A stretch of DNA of 64,000 bases from Azolla caroliniana. Lineage: Eukaryota > Plantae > Polypodiophyta. The notes beneath the pieces were generated by a model. That model ran no database searches and was not told the origin of the DNA. It worked only from the letters and a program-made list of their open reading frames with translations. Positions 39,950 to 50,373 of this stretch are shown one piece after another. Location: assembly GCA_043228905.1 (NCBI GenBank), contig JBHGNT010000010.1, forward strand, positions 21,886,001-21,950,000, in the 5' to 3' direction. How positions within the stretch are numbered: position 1 is the stretch's first letter; each line of letters opens with the position of its first letter. A program made the position numbers and the translations under genes.

Positions 39950-41167
39950 TGAAGAGCTTGGGAGAATGTCCAATAAGCAATGTCACTACTCTTGACATCA
40001 AAGACCTCGGGTTAGCCCTAGCTTCTGTACATAGGATTGCCACATGTATTGCTTTAACCACCTCTTCCACAAACTCATTACCCAGTCTTGGATCCACCAA
40101 TTCCAGCAGTCTTTCTTGTTTATACAATCTCCATACGTATTCAGCATTTAACACCAAACCATAAGGATCTTTGTGATAAAACTTTCCATTACATTGGAAG
40201 GCAGAAAATATAAAAATTTATCCGAAACATTAAAACTTTCCATTACATTGGGAGGCACAAAATATAAAAATTTATCCGAAACATTTTCCATCCTAAACAA
40301 CATTCATAAAGCTATCCATGATGAAATGTTTATGCATACTTTGTGTTAAACCAAACCATAAAGATCTCTGTGATGAAAGGATTTCATTCTAAAATCTCTA
40401 CGCCTTCCCATTTTTAAACTAAACCATACAAATCTTTGTGATTAAAGCTTTACTTTTACGCCCTATGAAGTTTCATACAAACATTTTACACCCTAAGAAA
40501 TTTATCCCAAAGATTTTTCATCCTAAACAGCATTCATAGAGCTATCAGTCATGAAATGTCCATGCATATTTTGTGTTTAACCAAACCATAAAGATCTGTA
40601 TGATGAAGGATTTTCATTCTAAAATATCTTTGCTTTTCTATTTTGCATTTCTAAACCATAACCATCTTTGTGATTAAAGCTTTCTTTTCACACCCTAAAA
40701 TCTGCATGACTATACCATGTTAAACCAAAACCATGAGGATAATTCTTACAAAAGTTTTCCATTATAAACCAAGTTGTAGTTGTTCTAAAGCTTTTCCATT
40801 ATAAATCAAACCATTATTGTTCTAAAAGTTTTCCACTATATCCTAAACAGCATTCATTAAGTTTGTGTTATAAAATAGCCATGTTGAACCAGTTTTAAAC
40901 CAAACCATAAAGATATTTGTGACGAAACGTTTCCATTATATCCTGACTATGTAAAGATATCGTGGTAAAAAAAATCCGCTATATCCTAAACAACATTAGT
41001 AAAGCTGTGCCAGAAAACATTACCACTTGTAAAAGCCATTGATTCTCTGATGGAATATTCAAGGTAATATTTTCTTTTCTGCCCATAATCTCGAGCACAA
41101 TATGCTGAAAATGTCTGCTTTTTCATTCAGCCTTCCAGTAATTGCAAACTGTGGTGCAAGATATCCC
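39950..41167 (-). pseudogene. Receptor-like kinase remnant (last two kinase-domain exons only)
   Basis: 41167-41024 reads GYLAPQFAITGRLNEKADIFS/(frameshift)/IVLEIMGRKEN (subdomains VIII-IX, with APE changed to APQ). ~40138-39950 reads VWRLYKQERLLELVDPRL...VVKAIHVAILCTEA..RSLMSRVVTLL (subdomains X-XI). No upstream kinase exons were found. Confidence 0.8.
40140..41000. repeat. Degenerate tandem repeats (~230-bp period plus a ~52-bp duplication) filling the kinase-remnant intron
   Basis: AACCAAACCATAAAGAT.T.TGTGA and ATCCTAAACA.CATT recur several times. Confidence 0.75.
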
Positions 41168-42744
41168 CTTAATCACAAACAGGTGTCTATGTTTGGTGAG
41201 ATAAAAAAACTCTATTTGTTGGAACTCCAGGAACAACTTGATTACAAAATTATTGTTTAAGAGGCTAAGGTTACACTTTAAACAGTTATGCATAGCAATA
41301 CATCATTTACGATGTTCCTGATTCTGTGAACCTGTAAAATTATCCATACAAAGAAACTCATATGAGTTTTCTTTCTTTTCGTTTTGTATGTGTTCAAATG
41401 TTCATGAATCCTCACAAACCATACAAAGATTTTTTAAGGTTAGTATTTTGTAGGTATTCATAAACTAGAAGTTTCTCCGATCCTTTGATCGTAACACCCT
41501 AGTAGCTTTATCACATTGCGATGTAGGACAGTTGTGCAAAGATTCATTTCATTCATGAATTCCTTTTTGACCTGATTAAATCGGATAGCCTTTTTTTTCA
41601 CCATCCAGAAATGTACCCTAAAGCAATGAACATGGGATTATTGGTTCTCCATCTCAAAAACATAATATTAAAAAGTTCTCAAATTTTCCATTATGTTGGA
41701 TATAAAGATAAAAAAATCCCCAACATTCTGTCAACAAACCTTAAAAAGAATACCTATTCCTAAGGAAACCCTACAATAAAACCTGTTTCAATAAAACACT
41801 CAAACATCAGCAAAAAGACCAAACCCAAGGGGGTTGTTGAGTTTAATATCTCCTAACAAAACCCTAATTCTGACAAAAGAGCCTTAAAAAGGCCTGCTTA
41901 TGACAACCTACAAGAGAAGCTTAACGTGATCCATCAGTTGAAAAACTCCAAGAAATCTTAGTTACAGTAAAAAAAAGCACTAAAAAAGCTCGATCCAACC
42001 AGACACTAAAATAATCCATATAGCCTAAGAAACGCTGACAAGGGCGTAACGTAAAGCCTTAACAGTTCCTTGAGTTGAATATGGCCCATCAAACCCCAGA
42101 TGTCTGAAAAATTATCCTGACGAAGTTCTGTTTACGACAAAACGCCAAAAGAATACCTGCTTCAACTACGAAACCTTGGCAACGATAAACCTTCATTAGA
42201 TGGATAACTTCCGTCAAGTCACAAATTTCTGACCTAAAAAATCCTACAAGAATCCACAATTTGTAACGAAACCATAAACAATGTCACCGATTTGAAAAAA
42301 CCCGTAAAATAATCACTATTGTCTAACTGGAAACGGCAAAAGTTAAGATCTAAAATCTTTATCGAAGGCCGGCTAATTCCAAAACATGGAAGAGAAAGAG
42401 AAAGAAGAAATTTCTGATCTCTTTAACATCGTAAAGAGATCTGAATCTTGCGGCACCTATCTTATTATATGTTGGGTCTATCCACTCAAGTGGAGCCCAC
42501 GACAGCTACCAATTTGATTCCGGTTGAGTGTTGAATATGCTGGATGTCGATAAGGGCTGAGCGTGAATGCCGAATCGGCTTAGAGCTAAAGAAGGGAAAA
42601 AGTTATAATTGTTTATAACCATAGGACGTAAAATTTGTGTTCGTCTAGCATAACATTCGTTTTCCTACGTTGGAAAACGAATGCGAAGCCATACGTACCA
42701 TACGTGCCAATCATTCGAGTATGGTAAACACCCTCGAAGAATGG

Positions 42745-42775
<31 letters not shown>

Positions 42776-42900
42776 GTATTCCTTTTATGTGTCCTTTTTT
42801 CTTTGTGTGTGTGTGCCTTTTCATATGTTTATGTGTGAATCCAGATAGGAAAAGAGACGTTACTCCAAAAAGGTTGATAAAAAGGTGTAGACACAAAAAC

Positions 42901-42945
<45 letters not shown>

Positions 42946-42947
42946 AG

Positions 42948-43137
42948 ATGGATGTAGCTCAGTTGGTAAGGTTCCCCAATGGAGACCAGGTGGTCATGGG
43001 TTCAACCCCTACATTCCATAGTGGCATCTAGTGAATTAAGAGATATATAAGAAGTATATAATACAAAGGTGAGGAAGTTGGGTTTCGAACCCACAACATA
43101 GTGCTTGTAGTGCTAACAACTTACCACTAGGGTAAGG
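42948..43137. mobile_element. Short element with two convergent tRNA-like heads, flanked by (GA)n
   Basis: The + head has A box TAGCTCAGTTGG (42955) and B box GGTTCAACCCC. The - head has TACCCTAGTGG (43134-43124) and GGTTCGAAACCC (43091-43080). (GA)n tracts lie at 42904-42942 and 43152-43170. Confidence 0.65.
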
Positions 43138-43299
43138 TAATTACGATAGATAGAGAGAGAGAGAGAGAGAAACAGAGCGCGATACAGAGAAAAACAACGC
43201 ATGAGTAAACAGAAATAAGGATGAAAAATAGATATTTGAGAAGGAGAGGTGTGAGAGAGAACGTTGAGAACTTGTGATGGCGACATTGTCATTGTCTGA

Positions 43300-43709
43300 G
43301 AGAACACATGTACTGGACATTCGGCTGAATATTATTTCGGCCGATAAGCTTGATGATGAGGGTTACATAAATTCCTTTGGTGAAGGAAAATGGAAGCTCA
43401 CCAAAGGCTCGCTCGTATTAGCAAGATGTCCAAAACAGAATTCCCTCTATGTAATGCATGCTATGGTGTCTGGTGGAGAGGTGAATGTAGCCGATAGGGA
43501 TGTCCCCATTGAATTGTGGCACATGAGTCAAAAAGGGTGTCTAGTGGAGAGATGAATGTAACCAATAGGGATGTCCCCATTGAATTGTGGCACATGAGTC
43601 AAAAAGGACTCGAAGTGCCAACTAGGAAGAACATCCTTGTTAAGAATTAGGTAAGTAATTAAGCAAGGATTAATTAGTACCTAATTATGTGATTAGTTGA
43701 TAAGTGATA

Positions 43710-43752
<43 letters not shown>

Positions 43753-44160
43753 TACACTTATGAACAACACAAGATGGGGGATGAGTAAGTATATTAAATT
43801 AGCATTATCATCATCAAATACAAAAATACCCACAATGAGGTATATATACATCTCATGTGCAAAGGTGCACATGTGTGAGTAGAATATAAGTACTAATGTG
43901 TAAGTCCTATATTAAATGTACTTAGGAGTGGAGGATCTAGAATATCCCACTTAAGTACAAGGTCCTATTTAAGACGTTATAGTCAACACTTCTAACTAGA
44001 TTCTATCTAGGTAACTACGAAGTTACATGGTTGACTAACTAACTAAACTAAGTTGAGCTTGATCTCTCAACAGTCCTACTGGAGATGAGAGGTATGCACT
44101 TGGAGACTTGTGTTGATTGCTTGGCTGGTGGACAACATAGAGTTGGTTTTCAACATTTGC
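43300..44160 (+). mobile_element. Ty1/copia (Tnt1-like) pol fragment, protease to GAG-pre-integrase region, split by a solo LTR
   Basis: Reads HVLDIRLNIISADKLDDEGY...LTKGSLVLAR...ELWHMSQKG...RKNIL|LEMRGMHLETCVDCLAGGQHRVGF. There is an internal ~70-bp duplication at 43473-43607. Confidence 0.85.
43638..44072. mobile_element. Solo LTR (435 bp)
   Basis: Termini are TGTTAAGA...TCTCAACA, flanked by ATCCT/GTCCT (5-bp TSD, one mismatch). Removing it restores the copia reading frame. Confidence 0.75.
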
Positions 44161-45108
44161 CCCTCTCTTTGCTTCTTCGAAGCTTTCCGGCTCCCCCTCA
44201 TCGGTTAGCAACACATGCTCTGCATCCAGAAATCTTTGGGGGACTCTTCTCTCTCGGAGAGGATATCTCCGTCCCTGGTTTTTGACCACCGGTTCCTCCG
44301 TTTGTTCCTTATCTGAATCCGATTCGGGATCTTGTCCAGTTCTGGTGTCTTCTTCTTCTTCTTCGGTTGGTTCGGTTTCTTGTCCGTATCCGGCTGGTTC
44401 GTCGAGTGTCATCCGGTTACCGGCTAACATTCGGATTTCAATCGGGTAAGTCCTTGTGTCCTCAAGCCGGTTTTCATTGGATGATCCGGAGTTCACCACC
44501 TTCTTCTTTGACTCCCAGTCGGCAATGGTCCTGTCTTCCATGAAGACTATGTCCCGACTCTGGAACACCTTCTTGTCGACCAAATCCCACACCCAGTAAC
44601 TGAACTCATCATCGCTGTATCCAAGGAATATGCATGGCCGGGAATTCGGATCCAGCTTTCCTCTCTTGTCCTTTGCAACATGCACATATGCGAGACACCC
44701 GAACACCTTCAGATGTCGGTAAGATACACCTTTACCGGTCCATACTTTCTACGGTGAGTCTCCTTCCAAGGGTGCTGAGGGTGATCTGTTATCACGTAGG
44801 TCACTGTCATCAACGCCTCAGCCCAAAACGTCTTGGGTAATTTTGCATGTGCCAGCATGCTCCAGACTCTCTCCATCACGGTCCGGTTCATCCGTTCCGC
44901 CAACCCATTCAATTCCGGCATCTTCGGCACGGTGAATTCGAGCCAGATTCCCTTCGATCGACAGTACTCCTCAAACTGCCCTCGGTATTCTCCTCCGTTG
45001 TCCGCTCAAACCGCCTTCAGCTTCTAGTCGGTTTCTCTTTCCACTCTCGCGTGGAGCTCCTTGAAGATGGATACCACTTGGTCCTTTGTCTTCAGTGGTG
45101 AGACCCGT

Positions 45109-48100
45109 TGTCGTGAAGATTTTCGTCCACAAGCGGAAACCCGAGCAACGAGAGCCAAAGAGCGATGTGCAACGTTGCACACGTACATAATGTATTTGTA
45201 ATAGTAATAAAGGTATAAAGGTGATGTGATTGTACGCACATCCACACGCGAGAGAGAGAGAGAGAGAGGTACTATGCGGTACATAGGTACCTAGTTGTTT
45301 GTGAGGTGGTGGGAGTTAAGGGGCCATCAATCTCACCCTCCCCCAAATCAAGGCAAATATCCCCTTTGAATGAAAGGGGATATTTTAGTCTCACTTTTGT
45401 AAGCGGTCTTCCCTCCTTGTGCTATAAAAGGAGAGAGAAGGCACCATTGTGGGGGTTGCCTATTTTGAGTGTGCGAGGTATACCACATAGGTCGAGCGTT
45501 AGGGTTCGGTTAGGGTTTTCTTCTTGGGTTTTCCTTTAGGGTTTTCATATAGTCGTTTGGTGCGGCCATGGCGGCCACCATTGTAAAGCGTTTATGTTTT
45601 CTTAATCGAACTTCTTGTTGAGTATCTTGACTCCATCTCCTTCATCTTCTTCTATCATAATGTCATATTCGTTCTCTTCTCCTCTTGAGCTAATCTTCTA
45701 TTCGTTGTCTTAACCTTTCTCCTCTTCTCCCTAGTCCAAGACCGCCGTGGTCCCACCCTTCTACACGCACGCGCGTAACAACGCGACATCTTTGGTGAAC
45801 CCGACGTGAAGGGCGGCAAGGGAGCAGGGAGATGGAAGAAGACTTTGACTTCGAGGAGATGATGGCAAAGATCGTGATGGAAGCCAGACGGAAGATGGCG
45901 AAGCGAGATGCGGCTCAACAAGCTGTCGAAAGGGTGGCCGATTGAGTCGGCCGGTTCAATGGGAATGAGGTCCTAAAAATTTTGGGAGCTTACAAGGTCG
46001 AGATGGCGAAAGGGGGTGTGGACGAGGTGATGCGACTAGAGTATTTTCCTCGAGTGGCGGCCGTATCGGTGTACAAGGACGTCAAGGAGCTACGAGAAGC
46101 TCACGAGTCATGGGAGTCCTTCGAGGGAGCTCTATTGGAAGCGTACGGATACGCGAAACCGAAGTGGGTATGCGGGCAACCCGATGGGGAGCGGTCGGCA
46201 ACAAAATGGCCCGCGAACGGCGGAGAAGAGAGAGCAGCGAGTGAGTACGCACTACCGCCGGAAGAGAGCTCAACGCAAAACGGTTCGGAGGAGCTCGACC
46301 TAGAAGCGCTAATACGGGAGGCATGCGAGCTTGTGAAGGGGAAAATCGAAGCCGAAGAAGGGCTTATTATGGAGTCGGGCTGGAGGCGATTGGAGGATGA
46401 GGAGGACGAAAGAGAATGGTACATCGGTACCACGGGAGAGGGTGTGGAGCGAGCCACCCTCTCGACATGCGAAGAAAGATCGACCGAGGACGAGGTCGGG
46501 GACGGTGAGGCGGCGATCGCCGATTCGAGCGGACATGAGGGAGTTCGAGCATGGAGGCCCAAAACATCGAGCGGGGAGAAGATGGGCAGTGGTGCCGCGA
46601 CCTTACGCACACCGGGCCTGAGAGCCGGTGTGAGACCTAGAGTGACGGGCGGTGGCGGTGGAAAGGCGGGCGACCACGACGACGACGATGTGGGAGAGGG
46701 TGCGGAGCGAGCGACCCTCTCGACTAGTGGAAAGAGGACGGCCATGGATGAGGCCGATATCTACGGAGCAATGGACGCCACTTCAAGAGTGGGCGAAAGT
46801 TTCGGGACGCGGTTGCCCGAAACGTTCTATGAGGATTTTGCGAGCATACTCGAGGCTTGCGAAATCGAGGAAGAAGAGGAGACGAGCGGCGGTGCCACGA
46901 CCTTCCACACACCGGTCACCGGTCCTAGAGACTCCGGCAACCGGCCCGAGAACCGGTGTGAGACCTAGAGAGACGGACGGTGGCGGCGGCAAGGCGGGCA
47001 ACTGAAATGACGAAGAGGAGGTTTGTAGCGGACGGAGGCGAGATCCCTCGACACCGGGGTCGGAGACTTCGGCGGTTGCGCCCGAGCGCGGACATAAGAC
47101 CGGGGAGATGGGCGGTGGCCGTGAGGATGAGAGGCCCGGAGTGGGCACGTGCGAAAAGACCGAAGGAGAGGTCCGGAGCGACATCGAGGAGCGAGTCGGG
47201 AACTGACCCGACCGAAAGATGAGCCGGTCAGTAATTCGACCCGACCGGGAGGCAGAGCAGAAGAAGAGTGAAGCGGGTGCCGGTCAACCGGGCACGAACC
47301 GAAGGAAGCCGGCAAGACTGGGATTGTTTGATCGATTAGTAGCTGGCCGGGTACGGTTACGATGGGAGCTGGTGAGAGCGAGAAGGAGGCCTAGTGGGCA
47401 CGGTGATCACGGCTTGCTAGAAGACCGAGAGCGAGAGGGACCTTCCACACCCATTCTAGAGACTTCGGCGGTTGCGGATCAACGTGAGACCGGAGAGACG
47501 GCGGGTGGTGGCGAGGAGTCAGAGGCCGAAGCAGACAAAGTTATCGGAGCGGGTATCCGGTATGAGATGATGGACGAGCGAGTCCAAGATGGCGAGCTCG
47601 GGTCGGAATGAGCTACGGTGACAAAGGAAGAAGTGGCTGATGCGGAGGTCAGGTCTACGGCGGATGAAGGGCGTAACACGAAGCATGCACTATGTTCGGT
47701 GAAGGGCCCAAGAACGAGCATGCATCCGAGAGAGCGTCAACGAGTGACCGGAAACGGTGGACTGATTGAGCCTTTGAGAGGCGAGGACTCGGTGGTGAAC
47801 CGAGAGTGGGAGGAACCCTCCACACCTACCTGTGAGGCATCGGCGGTCGCGGATCGAAAGGAGAAAGAAGAAGCGGTGGGTGGCGACGAGGAGTTGGAGA
47901 CCGACGCGGAGGTTGGGTCTACGGCGCGACACGAGACGCATGCAATACGGCCGGTGGAGGGCCAAGACACAAGCATGCATACGGCGGATGGGCGACAACG
48001 ATTGACCGACGATGACAGTCGGGTCAAGCCTTCGAGAGGCAAGCGCGGGACGAAGGACGGCGCGGCGAAACACAAAGATCGACGACATGGGCAGAGAGTC

Positions 48101-49570
48101 GTATCTAGGAAAACGGAGGAGATGCGCGGAGAACAACGGGGTAACACCGGGAAGAGAAAGCGTGACGGCTTCCCGGAGGGCATACAAGGCCAAGCGGGCC
48201 AAGAGGGCGCAAGTCAAGGCGAGGCGATAACGAGAGCCTCGTGGGACACCGACACGGAGGTCGGGATGACGATACGCTCTAGTACGAGAGAGCACGGCGA
48301 AAAAGGGGAAAGAGAAAAACGCGTGATGGGGTCATCGAAGGACCGAAGCACGAGCACGCATTCGGAGGGCAACATCGACATATGGGGAAAGCCTACGGAA
48401 GGCAAGCGCGGAGCGGAGAGAGTTAGCACGCCGAGGTGTGCGGCACGCAAAGGGCGGAATCCGGCATGCGACCGGGAGCGCATCCGGAGGATATACGAGG
48501 CAGACAAAGGAAGAGCAACCGGGTCGGTGACGGCGTTCGGGAGGACCAAACGGGGAGGAAAGCACGGGCATCGGATACAGCGGGTCGGATGTAGTCGGTG
48601 GTTCAAGGACCCACGGTGGACGTGGCGGATTGGGTGGAGGCAACGACTCGGCGAACATCGTCGAGTGTGGCGGATCGGATGGTGCCGACGGTTCGAGACC
48701 ATTCGGCGAGGATGGTGGGCCGGAAGGCGGCGGCGGTTCGTGTGGACGGGGTGGTCTTGCTCGAAGTGGAAGACAAAGCCGGGCAGGCCCACGAGGACGC
48801 TAAGGACACTGTCGGTCGTCGTGGCCGAAAATCTTGTGTTCTCTCCCCTATGTTTTGGCACATACCGGAGGATGTGCGGTTAGGTGGGGGCAGATGTCGT
48901 GAAGATTTTCGTCCACAAGCAGAAACCCGAGCAACGAGAGCCAAAGAGCGATGTGCAACGTTGCACACGTACATAATGTATTTGTAATAGTAATAAAGGT
49001 ATAAAGGTGATGTGGTTGTACGCACATCCACGCAAGAGAGAGAGAGAGAGGTACTATGCGGTACATAGGTACCTAGTTGTTTGTGAGGTGGTGGGAGCTA
49101 AGGGGCCATCAATCTCACCCTCTCCCAAATCAAGGCAAATATCCCCTTTGAATGAAAGGGGATATTTTAGTCTCACTTTTGTAAGCGGTCTTCCCTCCTT
49201 GTGCTATAAAAGGAGAGAGAAGGCACCATTGTGGGGGTTGCCTATTTTGAGTGTGCGAGGTATACCACATAGGTCGAGCATTAGGGTTCGGTTAGGATTT
49301 TCTTCTTGGGTTTTCCTTTAGGGTTTTCATATAGTCGTTTGGTGCGGCCATGGCGGCCACCATTGTAAAGCGTTTATGTTTTCTTAATCGAACTTCTTGT
49401 TGAGTATCTTGACTCCATCTCCTTCATCTTCTTCTATCATAATGTCATATTCGTTCTCTTCTCCTCTTGAGCTAATCTTCTATTCGTTGTCTTAAACTTT
49501 CTCCTCTTCTCCCTAGTCCAAGACCCCCGTGGTCCCACCCTTCTACACGCACGCGCGTAACAACGCGACA
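45109..49570 (+). mobile_element. Non-autonomous LTR retroelement (Gypsy-like gag, no pol) with a tRNA-Trp PBS
   Basis: LTRs 45109-45788 and 48895-49570 (TG...CA; roughly 10 substitutions plus a (GA)n length difference by eye). PBS TGGTGAACCCGACGTGAA at 45793-45810. PPT TAGGTGGGGGCAGA at 48881-48894. 4-bp TSD CCGT/CCGC. Confidence 0.9.
45832..48883 (+). pseudogene. Broken Gag-like / acidic repetitive ORF of the Trp-primed element
   Basis: Starts MEEDFDFEEMMAK..VAD*VGRFNGNEVLKILGAYKVEM..YFPRVA..SWESFEGALLEAYG (gag-like). E/G-rich repeated modules follow (ORF pieces 45982-46968, 47219-47611, 47618-48883). No protease, RT, RNase H or integrase motifs were seen. Confidence 0.6.
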
Positions 49571-49659
49571 CCGCAACTTCCGGCTGTGGTCATCTATGAA
49601 CGTCACGAAGTACTTCGATTCGGCATGTGACTTCGTGTCCACTTGACACACATCTGTAT

Positions 49660-50373
49660 TGACGAGAAATGTGCGGAATAATCTTCGGCCACAACCGAAG
49701 CTTAGATCACTTGATGACAATCAAACACAGAAGAAATGGGAATGGAGGTAATTACACAAACAGAAAAAAAGAGAATGCACAGGATATTAACGTGGAAAAC
49801 CCTGAGAGGGAAAAACCACGGGAGCCCACAGACTCCAAACTATCGCTATGTCAAAAATACAACAGAGAGCATAGAGGCAACGACCTCTTTCTCTCAATCT
49901 TCGCCTAGCGGCAGTTACAACAGAGACACAATCTCTGTATATCACTCACTCTCTCTCTCTCTCTTACGCATTGTACAGGAGTTACACCAATAACTCTATC
50001 ATCTTCTGAATTTGCCCTAGGTCATATTTATACTAATATGACTTTCGGGTTATTTACAAATATAGCCCCAATGGGCTCTCTGGAGCATATTTACATATAT
50101 GTCCCTTCCATCCGATGAGAGGTTCTCACCGAGCCTGCAACATCCGGTTCTCACCGGGTCTTCCTTGCTGGGTACTCGTCATCCGGTTCTCACCGGGTCT
50201 GTATCATCCGATTCTGGCTACTCCACATCTGGTTCTCACCGGGTCTTCCATGCCGAGTACTCCACATCCAGTTCTCACCGGGTCTTCCTTGCCGGGTACT
50301 CCACATCTGGTTCTCACTAGGTCTTCCGTTGTCGGGCCTTCGTATCCCATCTGGAGGGACCGAGATCCTAACA
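49660..50373 (-). mobile_element. Solo LTR (714 bp) of a related copia family
   Basis: TGACGAG...CCTAACA with a perfect TGTAT TSD (49655-49659 / 50374-50378). Shares TCGGCCACAACCGA, GGAAAACCCT, AAAAACCACGGGAG and GGAGGGACCGA with the other copia LTRs. Contains CATC(C/T)GGTTCTCACCGGGTC tandem repeats. Confidence 0.9.

Noticed and set aside
42948-43020. Functional tRNA gene
   Set aside because: A and B boxes are present, but the D and anticodon stems do not pair properly and no oligo-T terminator follows. Treated as a tRNA-derived repeat.
44150-44165. CAACA-TTTGCCCC as an LTR end plus PPT of the minus-strand copia
   Set aside because: The bases continue the + strand copia frame (GFQHLP), and the sequence to the left does not match the 51848-52422 LTR.
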